A program made the position numbers and the translations under genes. This document shows positions 20,169 to 29,280 of a DNA stretch of 64,000 bases, in pieces. The stretch is from sequence record OQ939939; one strand, given 5' to 3'. The notes under the pieces were generated by a model. That model saw only the letters and a list, made by a program, of their open reading frames with translations. It was not told where the DNA came from and searched no databases. Source of the DNA: Escherichia phage SUT_E1620. The stretch's first letter is position 1; every line of letters starts with the position of its first letter.

Positions 20169-20579
20169 TTACTTAGTGATAGCTCGGATAGCTTCTGCCA
20201 GATGAGCAGCTGCTTTACCGGTCAGCTTGTCGATGATTGCGTCGTCCAGGAAGTCCGGTGCTAAGCCAGCATCAGAGAATGCAGAGCGAAGATCGGAGTG
20301 AGCCTGAGCTTTGGAAGTACGAGAACCACCAGAAGCTTTTTCTCCAGTAGATACGCTTGATTTAGCAGTAGAGCCAGCAGCTTTCTTGATATACAGACCT
20401 GCTTTGGTCAGCTTCATACGGAAACCGTTCGGAGTTACACCATTTTCCTGAGCAATTTCGCTAACAATTTCCATGCTAACGCCCGGACGCTCATCTTCTG
20501 GGAATTGCTCCATACGAGCAACGTAGTCGGAAGACATTTTTTCGAACAGTTCATCAGTCCACTGAGTTGGAGTAGTCAT
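20169..20579 (-). CDS. Hypothetical protein (136 aa), likely highly expressed
   Basis: ORF after consensus promoter; host-optimal codon usage. Confidence 0.6.
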   Translation of the reverse strand: MTTPTQWTDELFEKMSSDYVARMEQFPEDERPGVSMEIVSEIAQENGVTPNGFRMKLTKAGLYIKKAAGSTAKSSVSTGEKASGGSRTSKAQAHSDLRSAFSDAGLAPDFLDDAIIDKLTGKAAAHLAEAIRAITK

Positions 20580-20629
20580 ATTTTTCGATTTCCTTAATTA
20601 AGAATTAAACAGAATAGTTCTTTCAAACT

Positions 20630-20675
20630 ATGAGAATATTATATCAAGAATTATAGGATTAAGCAACTGAAATTT
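20630..20675 (-). promoter_or_regulatory. Sigma70-type early promoter (minus strand)
   Basis: Reverse complement TTGCTT-N17-TATAAT. Confidence 0.65.
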
Positions 20676-20686
20676 TTCAGTAACTG

Positions 20687-20941
20687 CTACACATCTAGTT
20701 CAACGATCTCCCAATCGTCGGCCAGAGCTTCGTCTAGAGTTAGCTCAGTGGTTTTCCACGATGCATCGTCTAGCGTGAGTTTAGTGCGTCCATCTTTAGA
20801 CCACCACCAAGTAAATTCTATGATGTCATTATTATAAACATCTACTTTGATAATAGTGGTAGAATAGGTATTATTTTCCCAGCTATCTCGCTGGAGATAT
20901 TTTACGTCTCCAGCTTTTAACAGATCAGTTAGTTTACTCAC
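20687..20941 (-). CDS. Hypothetical acidic protein (84 aa)
   Basis: Six-frame ORF, stop overlaps upstream gene. Confidence 0.5.
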   Translation of the reverse strand: MSKLTDLLKAGDVKYLQRDSWENNTYSTTIIKVDVYNNDIIEFTWWWSKDGRTKLTLDDASWKTTELTLDEALADDWEIVELDV

Positions 20942-21638
20942 GGCGTTTTCCTTTCTCTTTATCGAGTTTCAAGGCAGCTTTAACAGCTTCATTAACCAAT
21001 GTGATAACTTCTTCACGACTCCACTTAAAGCCTAGAGCTTTAACATCAACTCCCAGCTTTTCCAGATGTTTAACAGAAGCTAATTCGTAGTGCATATAGT
21101 GAACGTTCTGTTGTTTACCTTCTGATAACAACCAGACACGATAACAACCAACTGGGTTAGTCATTGCTTTCTTGATTTCACCAATACACTGATAGCCAGG
21201 AACCCAAACAAGTTCACCAACTTCAAATTCTTCTGCCATTGCATCATCAGGAATCAACGGAGGATTCAATGGATCAACAATATCGTTTAAACGAAGCAGA
21301 GCACCATAACGTTCCAGAACAGATTTAATCATCGCTACAGAACGATAGTTACGATCAGCAATTTCTTCAAAAGAATCACCAGAAAGATACTGTTCAATTA
21401 CGTTTGCAAGCTCAACACCTTCAATCAGTGTTCCACGCTTCTTCTTTTTCATTTCCGCAACCTGAACCTGACGATCTCTCCATTCTTCAATCATTCGTTC
21501 CATAGTTGGGTTAGAAGAAACACCGAGCATTTCACATGCTGCTTTCTTAGTACCACCATTCTCCAAATGTTCAATAACCTTTTTAAAGGTTTCATCAGGG
21601 ATTTCATGGATAAGTTTCTTTCTACGAGAACCAGCCAT
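20934..21638 (-). CDS. Hypothetical protein (234 aa), possible HTH regulator
   Basis: ORF after consensus promoter; basic C-terminus. Confidence 0.55.
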   Translation of the reverse strand: MAGSRRKKLIHEIPDETFKKVIEHLENGGTKKAACEMLGVSSNPTMERMIEEWRDRQVQVAEMKKKKRGTLIEGVELANVIEQYLSGDSFEEIADRNYRSVAMIKSVLERYGALLRLNDIVDPLNPPLIPDDAMAEEFEVGELVWVPGYQCIGEIKKAMTNPVGCYRVWLLSEGKQQNVHYMHYELASVKHLEKLGVDVKALGFKWSREEVITLVNEAVKAALKLDKEKGKRRE

Positions 21639-21654
21639 ATTTAAACTCCTCTCT

Positions 21655-21710
21655 CAAATTTATGAATCTATTATACAGAAAATTTTTGCATAAAGCAAGA
21701 AAATTTTTAA
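21655..21710 (-). promoter_or_regulatory. Sigma70-type early promoter (minus strand)
   Basis: Reverse complement TTGCTT-N17-TATAAT plus CATAAATTTGAGAGAG box. Confidence 0.7.
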
Positions 21711-22165
21711 ACTGGATACAGTTCAGCTTTGAAAGCGGCTCTAACCTCTATGGCCTCTTCTAGAGAACTGCACTGTTGGTACTTACGAACACCATGCTTC
21801 TGCATCAACACACAGTATTTTTCACCGCGCATGTAGATATTGGGTTCACCTAACTTATTATCTTTCCGCACGTCTATGTTGTGCATTTGATCAGATCTAT
21901 TGGAATCTTCTAGGTTCTCAATAAAATTACAGTCTTTTATTCTATTCTTGTGGTCTATTTCTTCGGGAATATAGCCCTTATGATATAGAAATACTAGCTG
22001 ATGCTCTCCCCAATGACGACGTTTGAATCCAATTCTGATATACCCTTTGTGCTTACCGCCAGCAAATTGACCTATTAGTCTCTTCTGTGTGGTTTTCTTC
22101 CATTTAAGATGTCCGGTTTCAGGATCATACTCAAAGGCTTCTCTAACTTCCTCTTGAGTTATCAT
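21707..22165 (-). CDS. HNH homing endonuclease
   Basis: Motif LVFLYHKGYIPEEIDHKNRIKDCNFIENL shared with other HNH ORFs in the window. Confidence 0.8.
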   Translation of the reverse strand: MITQEEVREAFEYDPETGHLKWKKTTQKRLIGQFAGGKHKGYIRIGFKRRHWGEHQLVFLYHKGYIPEEIDHKNRIKDCNFIENLEDSNRSDQMHNIDVRKDNKLGEPNIYMRGEKYCVLMQKHGVRKYQQCSSLEEAIEVRAAFKAELYPV

Positions 22166-22377
22166 TTTCTTTAATAAGTTCCCCTAATTCTCTATAAACT
22201 TGGTCGAGTTCAAACCCTATTCGTAAGGATATCCGCACCTTCCGTTGTTTTAGTAACCAAATAGACACATTTGGGATACCTGCTAACCTCGGAGGAACTA
22301 CACGACATAGTTTCTCCGCAGTATCGTAAACAGAAGTTTTACGTTCTTTTATGGGAAACTTCCTTGTTTCCCACTTT

Positions 22378-25290
22378 TTATTCTTCACTATCATTTCTAG
22401 CTCCCAATTCAGCAAGAGCTTCCTCATGCATCTGACGTTCTTCGTCTGTCATAAACTTAACTGGAATCGGCATACATTCGATCTTACAGTAAGTTCTGTA
22501 CCAGTCCACAATCTTTTCCGTATCCAGATCTTTACCGATACCCATCATGCCAAGATACATACGAGCATATTTTGGGTTAGCACTCTGACCTGTCTTAAGG
22601 AAGAAATCCTTCTTCTTATTCTTAAGAGCTTCGATAAACGGTTTGATTGTTACATTTGAACACTTCTTAATATCTTCCCAGAACATGTCGTGCATCTTAT
22701 GGAAGAATGCAGCTCTATCGTTTGGTTTATCCTTGATATACTGTTCAACGTGTTCCACTGTTACATCTTTAATAGAATCCAGATGATAATAGCGAACCAG
22801 AAGTAACTTGGCTTCATAGGCATCTGCATGACGTGGTGCGCAATATTCAGGAGTTGAGTGCAAAATAGCTTTGATTCGCTCTTCTGTATACTCTTTGCCT
22901 GCACCTTCGATAGTCCCCCAGCTTTCACTGAAGATATCAATAGTTGCACCTTGATCGAGAAGATAATAACGCAAAGTACTGGTATAGTTTCTAGATTCCA
23001 GCTCACGACGGCGTGCGTACAGTTGCTGAGCTAACTCAATCCAACCCTCGTCAATATTATATTGCTCGGAACCCGCAGAGAATCCACTCGTAGATTTATC
23101 AATAAAATAATAAATGTTCTGAGCACCACGGTCGCGCCTGATTGCTTGAAAACGCATGTTTGGCGCTTGGTTTGAGGTTCTAGTGATTACGAATACGTTA
23201 TCAAAATAGTTAAAGTCAACACCACTCGTTACAGATGGACTACATAACAAACAATCAATCTGTTGATCAATTAGCTCATTAGTTGTATAATCCAGAATAC
23301 GTCGGATATCTACATCAGACGTAGAGTTTGAGTGAATTTCTTTAACTAACGCACCAGTATTACGACGTAATGCCATTCCTTTTTCATTCAGTTCATCCGG
23401 TCCACAGTCAGATACTAGGATTGACTTCTCACCCATCTCTAGAGATGTTTGAAGTGCAACCCAAATACTGGATTCGTCAGGGAATTCATAAGCGTGAGCT
23501 TTCGCCAGCATTTTACGGTGATGATTATAGAATGCAACTGGTTTATCAAAATCAATCAAAGAACCATAGGCTTCAATCGTTTCTGCACTGATATCACCAT
23601 CAGATAAGATAACAGTTTTAGCAGTAATAAGGATATCACGAAGAACCTGAATACATTCACGACGGTTTTTAACAACCGGAGCGAATAACAGATCATTCAT
23701 TACTGCGTCACATTCATCAATAAAGATCGTATCAATCTGACCCACAAAGCTCTTGAACTTATGGATAGAGTGAATAGTTGAAGACATACGATCAATAGCA
23801 CCACGTTTGAAGTTCAGCATATCAACTGACTTATCATACTGGCCAGCACCGAATTTCTTCGCGTTAGAAGATACAAGTGCCCTAGTATTTGTGATTGCAA
23901 TAAAGTTTCCTGGAAGAACACCTGCATCTAGCCACTTAGTTACTGCTGTAGTTTTACCCGTACCAAGACTTGCCTTAACAAATGTTAAATGTCCTTTTGG
24001 GGGTACAATGTTAATCTTCAGGTATGGAACTTCGGGAGGTGAATCTGTATCCAGACGTTTTAATGGTACGCCTTTTAAGTTGGGCGGAATCTCACGTTTG
24101 GAGTTATTTACAAATGCTTTGAGAGCCTGCTTACGACCGTTATTAAAGTAATCTTGAATATTACGACTATTATCTTTAGTTGCAATATATTCAGATAAAG
24201 CTGGTTTAATCTCACGTTCTAACCACGTAAAGTCAACACCATCTTCTAACGCTCTGTGATAAAGTTTTGGGATAATACGCAGGTACACTCCATCCTCAGC
24301 TTCTTCTAGCTCGCTGATGGTTTCTTCCACTTTATCAGATGCAGCCTTCTTGCCTTTAATTTGGTCAAGTAAGGAGTAGAATTCTTCTTTGAACTCACCT
24401 CTAGTTGTTTCAAAGTCAACTAGGTTATTAGGTAGATTCACCTTCGAACCCTTAACATACACAAGACGTGGTTTATTCTCCGCTTTAAACGGATCGACTA
24501 TACCATCATCAAATAGGGGATCTGCAAAATAGTGAAGCTGAACAGAAGAATAATAAGCTAAGTCAGCAATATCAAAGCCATACTTTTGCTTACTACTGTC
24601 ATTTATAGATGTAAATAAGAACTTTAACTGTCCCTGCGTTACCTTGACATTAGATTCTAGCATTAAGTGCATTCGGATACCTGGTTTTAATCCAGCCGAA
24701 GACGATGCATGGGCAATAAACCCTGCATCAAGAGGAAACATATCCTCACTAATACTATTCAACATCTTAATAATATGACGTGCCATGCCAACAAGATTAA
24801 ACTTGTCATAGCCCCCAGTATCTACAATACCATCCACGTCCATAGCAATAATATGACTAGGATTGGATACGTTAAAGTTTCCTCTGGTACGACGCACATT
24901 ATCTTTTGGAGCTAAACATTTACCACGAATAGCTACAATATGCGGGTCTTTGGTAAGACGACGCATGATAGGTAACATTTCAGCAAGGTTTTGCGGGTCA
25001 AGTTCTTCAAGTACATCAAATTTGAAGGGCATGGAAGCTGGTTTACCTTCTGGATGCTCTTTAGAGAATCGCTTTGCAAAGGTGTAATCTTCCACTTTGA
25101 TCTCTTTCCAGATGCCAGTGGCTTTATCTCTGGAAAATCCTGCGTGACCTTGTAGGATTGAGAACACAACAATACTCCTATGTTGGTTATTCGGATATCT
25201 TTCTTTAGGACTATTCAAAAGAATAGAACAACTATTACTACCATTTACACAAACATTAATCATCATCAAGCAGTATGAATAAGTTATCAT
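22378..25290 (-). CDS. Replication-origin-binding-protein-like ATPase/helicase (large, ~900+ aa); true start uncertain
   Basis: Walker A LGTGKTT, Walker B-like FIDECDA; large size and position as in T5. The first ~60 codons of the track ORF look non-coding. Confidence 0.6.
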   Translation of the reverse strand: MITYSYCLMMINVCVNGSNSCSILLNSPKERYPNNQHRSIVVFSILQGHAGFSRDKATGIWKEIKVEDYTFAKRFSKEHPEGKPASMPFKFDVLEELDPQNLAEMLPIMRRLTKDPHIVAIRGKCLAPKDNVRRTRGNFNVSNPSHIIAMDVDGIVDTGGYDKFNLVGMARHIIKMLNSISEDMFPLDAGFIAHASSSAGLKPGIRMHLMLESNVKVTQGQLKFLFTSINDSSKQKYGFDIADLAYYSSVQLHYFADPLFDDGIVDPFKAENKPRLVYVKGSKVNLPNNLVDFETTRGEFKEEFYSLLDQIKGKKAASDKVEETISELEEAEDGVYLRIIPKLYHRALEDGVDFTWLEREIKPALSEYIATKDNSRNIQDYFNNGRKQALKAFVNNSKREIPPNLKGVPLKRLDTDSPPEVPYLKINIVPPKGHLTFVKASLGTGKTTAVTKWLDAGVLPGNFIAITNTRALVSSNAKKFGAGQYDKSVDMLNFKRGAIDRMSSTIHSIHKFKSFVGQIDTIFIDECDAVMNDLLFAPVVKNRRECIQVLRDILITAKTVILSDGDISAETIEAYGSLIDFDKPVAFYNHHRKMLAKAHAYEFPDESSIWVALQTSLEMGEKSILVSDCGPDELNEKGMALRRNTGALVKEIHSNSTSDVDIRRILDYTTNELIDQQIDCLLCSPSVTSGVDFNYFDNVFVITRTSNQAPNMRFQAIRRDRGAQNIYYFIDKSTSGFSAGSEQYNIDEGWIELAQQLYARRRELESRNYTSTLRYYLLDQGATIDIFSESWGTIEGAGKEYTEERIKAILHSTPEYCAPRHADAYEAKLLLVRYYHLDSIKDVTVEHVEQYIKDKPNDRAAFFHKMHDMFWEDIKKCSNVTIKPFIEALKNKKKDFFLKTGQSANPKYARMYLGMMGIGKDLDTEKIVDWYRTYCKIECMPIPVKFMTDEERQMHEEALAELGARNDSEE

Positions 25291-25654
25291 ACCTCAGTGC
25301 TGCGCTCTCTTAACTCTTATCCAGATCAGAACCTAGGTCATTGGCCGCTAAGCCGATTCTGATTGCCCTCACTATCCTATTGGTAGGTGGCTACTGGACG
25401 TGTCACCATTCGCTGCTCTTTTCGTTCGCACCCCCATATAAAGCTCTGCCTATATAACGAGCTAAATATGCACGGTTTGGATTTACCTTTCCGAATTCAG
25501 GGTACGCAGATCACTTAATTGATAATTAACTAATGCAGTATAAACACTAGTAATAGTTAAAACAACCCTTAATGGGGCAGCCTAACTGTTCCGTATTGCG
25601 GATTGTAAACAAGAAAAATTAGCAAAATCAATTTTTACTAATGTCTCTCATTTA

Positions 25655-25700
25655 TGGGAATATTATACTATAAAATAATACTCCCTTGCAAATGAAATTT
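25655..25700 (-). promoter_or_regulatory. Sigma70-type promoter (minus strand) with ~350-nt leader before origin-binding-protein gene
   Basis: Reverse complement TTGCAA-N17-TATAAT plus CCCATAAATGAGAGA box. Confidence 0.6.
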
Positions 25701-26152
25701 TACTGGATTGATTCCCTACCGTATAATTGACCTCTAAACATCTTGGCCATAGAACATGCAACCTCATAGTTGTCATATGTTCCTTTAACTATACGTTTAC
25801 GGTTAATAGTAAATACTACTTGCCAATTCTTACTACCAGAAGGGTAAACATGCATTCCTTTCTTATATTTGATATTTCTTAGATTACCGGATACTGTTTG
25901 CTCTCTAAGATTTTCAATACGATCATCACCTTTTATAGTATTCACATGATCTACTAAATCAGGTAAGTATCCATGATGCATTAAAAATATTGCTCTATGC
26001 CGAAGCATAGTCCTATTCCCTAGAGATATACGATAATATCCGTTACCCGTAGAAACACAACATTCTTTCCCTGCATTTCTTCCTGTAGTTCTAAATAACT
26101 TACCATCTTCATATCGGAAGTTATCTAAAAGTTCTTGCTGTGTGAATGACAT
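25700..26152 (-). CDS. HNH homing endonuclease
   Basis: Motif HRAIFLMHHGYLPDLVDHVNTIKGDDRIENL; start set at internal Met MSFTQQ. Confidence 0.75.
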   Translation of the reverse strand: MSFTQQELLDNFRYEDGKLFRTTGRNAGKECCVSTGNGYYRISLGNRTMLRHRAIFLMHHGYLPDLVDHVNTIKGDDRIENLREQTVSGNLRNIKYKKGMHVYPSGSKNWQVVFTINRKRIVKGTYDNYEVACSMAKMFRGQLYGRESIQ

Positions 26153-26291
26153 CCTCACCTCCAATACATATATTATTACATAATCCATCCAAATTGTCAA
26201 CGACAATTTATTTTGACTGTCAATCGACTGGAAAGATTACGTAATAATCCGAGCACTAATAGCCCGGATTACAAATTTCAGCTAATAAAAA

Positions 26292-26687
26292 TCATTCATC
26301 ATTTAAGCCCGAAACATAAATCCCAACACGATTTAATTGTTCTTTAGCTTCTGCGAGAATATTTGGAGTGTACTCCCAAATATCATCTTCCACCTGTAAA
26401 AGATGGGGCGAACAACCGTCATCAGGCACACGACATATGGCCAAACCACGTGGATGGAATATAGAGAAGTTTAGGGCAACAATCAAGCCCATGCTGGACA
26501 ATTCATTCCAGTCAGCTTCCCAACCATCATCTTCATTTTCGTCCACAAAGACACCTACACTAGGGTCTGTTACAGAAGTAAACGGAAATGTTACACTAAC
26601 CTTGTCAACCCCCCACCAACGTGCAAGGAGCCCCTCAGCACGCTCTACCAAACTAGGATCTATCTGACGCCAAAATACTTGTTCCAT
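26292..26687 (-). CDS. Hypothetical acidic protein, paralog A of tandem pair
   Basis: Shares DWxELxxMGLxxALNxxxFxP and C-terminal WxYxP...LxRxG motifs with adjacent ORF. Confidence 0.6.
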   Translation of the reverse strand: MEQVFWRQIDPSLVERAEGLLARWWGVDKVSVTFPFTSVTDPSVGVFVDENEDDGWEADWNELSSMGLIVALNFSIFHPRGLAICRVPDDGCSPHLLQVEDDIWEYTPNILAEAKEQLNRVGIYVSGLNDE

Positions 26688-26696
26688 TCTGCCTCC

Positions 26697-27125
26697 TTAA
26701 GCAGTTAAACCTGGGATCATATACCCGAAACGACGAAGTTTCTGAATTCCCTCATTTACTTCCTCGGGCGAATATGACCAGCCCTCACGTTCATTTACCT
26801 GGAAAGCAGGAGCTTCACCAGTGCGATAATTTACAATAAGACGGTGATTTGCAGGCATAAACAGCTTATGGTTCAAGGCAAAAACCAGACCCATTTCATC
26901 GAGTTCTTTCCAGTCTACAATCTCTTCTACTCCCTCCCCTAAATCCACGCTAACTCCAATACACGGAGCTTCCTCTAGCGGGCCTTTAAAGGATAAGAAG
27001 ATATCGTTATTCTCACACCAAATCTTGAGCAGATTGATGGTTTCATTATACATACCATTAGGGAGAGAGCGCCAGAAGTTGAGAAGCATAGGATTTACCT
27101 CTTTCATGAAAATATTATTGAACAT
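26697..27125 (-). CDS. Hypothetical protein, paralog B of tandem pair
   Basis: See paralog A; tandem duplication. Confidence 0.6.
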   Translation of the reverse strand: MFNNIFMKEVNPMLLNFWRSLPNGMYNETINLLKIWCENNDIFLSFKGPLEEAPCIGVSVDLGEGVEEIVDWKELDEMGLVFALNHKLFMPANHRLIVNYRTGEAPAFQVNEREGWSYSPEEVNEGIQKLRRFGYMIPGLTA

Positions 27126-27127
27126 GC

Positions 27128-27667
27128 TTATACCTTAAGTTTCTGAAGAGCCTTACACATTTCAAGATCTGGACTAAATTCCAGCATATAGCTGATAGCA
27201 TTTAAATCTTGAAGGTTTATTCCAGTCCTACCATTTACAATAACAGTAGGAAATTGGTACATCATAGCACCAGCATCATCTAGGACGCACCAATGCTTGA
27301 GCTTATGTTTTTCTACGAAACGTAAGACAGAATTACCTCGAGATAAACCACCTCCAGTAAAATCTGTTGTACCAAGGAAACGATCGATCAAACCGAGCCC
27401 GGTCATAATCTGAACGTTCTCCATCTCGTTTCGTACAGAAAACCATGAAGATACCCCAACAATCATTATTGGAGAAGGTTTAAGGAAGTTCTGAAAAGCC
27501 TGGAGTAATGGCTTATAAACCCAATCACTACCAAAGAATAGCTTTTCACTATCTGGAGCATGATGGTGAGAGATGCTCGAATTGAGCACCCCATCAATAT
27601 CCAGGAAAATTATAGGAGTATTACTTATTTCCACCAGTAGCATCCCACGTCCAGACTTTAACTTCAT
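27128..27667 (-). CDS. HAD-superfamily hydrolase (phosphatase/nucleotidase-like)
   Basis: N-terminal FLDIDGVLN matches HAD motif I (DxDGxx); 179 aa. Confidence 0.65.
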   Translation of the reverse strand: MKLKSGRGMLLVEISNTPIIFLDIDGVLNSSISHHHAPDSEKLFFGSDWVYKPLLQAFQNFLKPSPIMIVGVSSWFSVRNEMENVQIMTGLGLIDRFLGTTDFTGGGLSRGNSVLRFVEKHKLKHWCVLDDAGAMMYQFPTVIVNGRTGINLQDLNAISYMLEFSPDLEMCKALQKLKV

Positions 27668-27806
27668 CAGTAAAAGGAACTGGAACCTTCAGCTCACCTT
27701 TACCCCACATAACAGATAGGAACAGAGAATAAATGGTAATCATACCGATTAGGTTGACAAACCATACTAGACCTTTCCAGATACCCTTAAAAATCTTCTT
27801 TATCAT
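27621..27806 (-). CDS. Small membrane protein (61 aa)
   Basis: Hydrophobic helix WKGLVWFVNLIGMITIYSLFLSVMW; overlaps neighbours in operon fashion. Confidence 0.45.
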   Translation of the reverse strand: MIKKIFKGIWKGLVWFVNLIGMITIYSLFLSVMWGKGELKVPVPFTDEVKVWTWDATGGNK

Positions 27807-28018
27807 TCGTTCTCCTCTAGGAACGCTTTATGTTCCGGTGTGTCGATATAGATTACACAGAAATCATCTGACATATAATCCATTTCCCACAACTCTTCAC
27901 GATAGCACCATGTTTTATCTGGCCATACAATTATATCATCAGGGTGTCTTTTAGGTGATTTGTAAAATCGGGGATCTGATCCCATATCTCCCATTTTACC
28001 CTTATTAGGATGCGACAT
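27803..28018 (-). CDS. Hypothetical protein (71 aa)
   Basis: Six-frame ORF in operon. Confidence 0.45.
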   Translation of the reverse strand: MSHPNKGKMGDMGSDPRFYKSPKRHPDDIIVWPDKTWCYREELWEMDYMSDDFCVIYIDTPEHKAFLEENE

Positions 28019-28847
28019 AAATAGTTCCTTCCATAAAGGCTTCTACTTGACCAATGAAATGCTTGTTACCAAAAACTTCGGCAGCTCCAGCACGCCATAC
28101 AGTAACACCACGTTTCTCATACTCAAGCTGTTCGTCATAACGAACTTGTGGGTTAACAACCATCATCTTAGTTCCACGACATACAGCAGGAAATAGCTCC
28201 CAGTTGAAGTCGATTACTTGGTTGCTACAACCTACTACAATAACCATATCATTGCTAGTAAGTGTATCAAACAGGTTAATCTGACCCATATACCACGGAG
28301 CCGTCTCACCAAAGAATGTTACGTTTGGTTTTACCCATTCGTAATCCTCAGGGGCAATCGCAGTATACCCAACATCTTCGATGATTTGGTTGCGACCCTG
28401 ACGATAGATCACCTCTTTCAAGTACCCGTGAGCGTGAATGATTTCATCACGAGGGATACCAGCACGTTCCAGAAGGTCATCAACGTTAGTAGTGAAGTTC
28501 TTCACGCTATCCGCACCATAACGCTGGAACCATTCTGCAATTCGCAGATGGGCAATGTTAGGCTCAACAGTCTGTAATTCCTGACGACGCATATTGTAGA
28601 ACTCATGAGTCTTGAGATACAGATCGTTACCATCTTCATCAATGCCATGGAAACGAGCACTGAAGTAGTTAGGGTCATCTTCACCACAGAAGCGACGGAA
28701 GCCAGCTTCAAAGTTAGGCAAGCTACATACTTCCTCTAGATCGTACTCATCCCACAAGGATTTCCCACTAGCAGTATCAGTACGGAAAGCACGAACACCA
28801 CTATCTACACTCAAACCTGCACCACTAACAACGATTAGTCTACGCAT
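28005..28847 (-). CDS. Sir2-like (sirtuin-fold) NAD-binding protein lacking the zinc-ribbon module
   Basis: GAGxSxxSGxxxFR (VSGAGLSVDSGVRAFR), TTNVD (cf. TQNID), catalytic-type HG (HAHGY), VVVGCS (cf. VVVGTS); no CxxC pairs. Confidence 0.7.
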   Translation of the reverse strand: MRRLIVVSGAGLSVDSGVRAFRTDTASGKSLWDEYDLEEVCSLPNFEAGFRRFCGEDDPNYFSARFHGIDEDGNDLYLKTHEFYNMRRQELQTVEPNIAHLRIAEWFQRYGADSVKNFTTNVDDLLERAGIPRDEIIHAHGYLKEVIYRQGRNQIIEDVGYTAIAPEDYEWVKPNVTFFGETAPWYMGQINLFDTLTSNDMVIVVGCSNQVIDFNWELFPAVCRGTKMMVVNPQVRYDEQLEYEKRGVTVWRAGAAEVFGNKHFIGQVEAFMEGTIYVAS

Positions 28848-29041
28848 TATACGATTCCTTGCTTGAATCCTTCGATGATATTTTGGAGCAGAATTGCTTC
28901 TTCTGGGCGAACCTTCTCTTGCTTAATAAGCATATCCAAACCAGCAATACAAGTAGCTACCCCAGCATTATATCCAGCATTCCACTGCTCCATGAGCATA
29001 TTTTCTAAATTACTTTTTAGATTCTGATTCAAGAAGTCCAT
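28847..29041 (-). CDS. Hypothetical protein (64 aa)
   Basis: Start at internal ATG (MDFLNQ) preceded by GGAGG. Confidence 0.45.
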   Translation of the reverse strand: MDFLNQNLKSNLENMLMEQWNAGYNAGVATCIAGLDMLIKQEKVRPEEAILLQNIIEGFKQGIV

Positions 29042-29214
29042 AAAGTTTTTCCTCCAATTCCATAATACGATTTTCGTAAGAAGCACGCAGCTTCTCGATG
29101 GACAAAGCACGAACTGTAACTTCATCTGAATTGATCGCTAGCTGAGCTAGATCTTCTGTTTCCATACGTCCGTTGTAAATTAAGCGATACTTAAGATGTT
29201 TTACGTTTTTCATA
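29010..29214 (-). CDS. Hypothetical protein (68 aa)
   Basis: ATG (MKNVKH) preceded by GAGAGGAG directly downstream of promoter. Confidence 0.5.
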
Positions 29215-29229
29215 TTTTCTCCTCTCAAA

Positions 29230-29280
29230 TTTATGAGAATATAATATCAAATAAAAGCGATATAAGCAAGTACTTTATTT
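29230..29280 (-). promoter_or_regulatory. Sigma70-type early promoter (minus strand) for accessory operon
   Basis: Reverse complement TTGCTT-N17-TATTAT plus CATAAATTTGAGAGG box. Confidence 0.65.

Noticed and set aside
22143-22427. 94-aa minus-strand ORF overlapping the 3' end of the large ATPase gene and the 5' end of the HNH gene
   Set aside because: Mostly overlaps flanking better-supported genes in other frames and has no promoter or RBS of its own; not reported as a feature.
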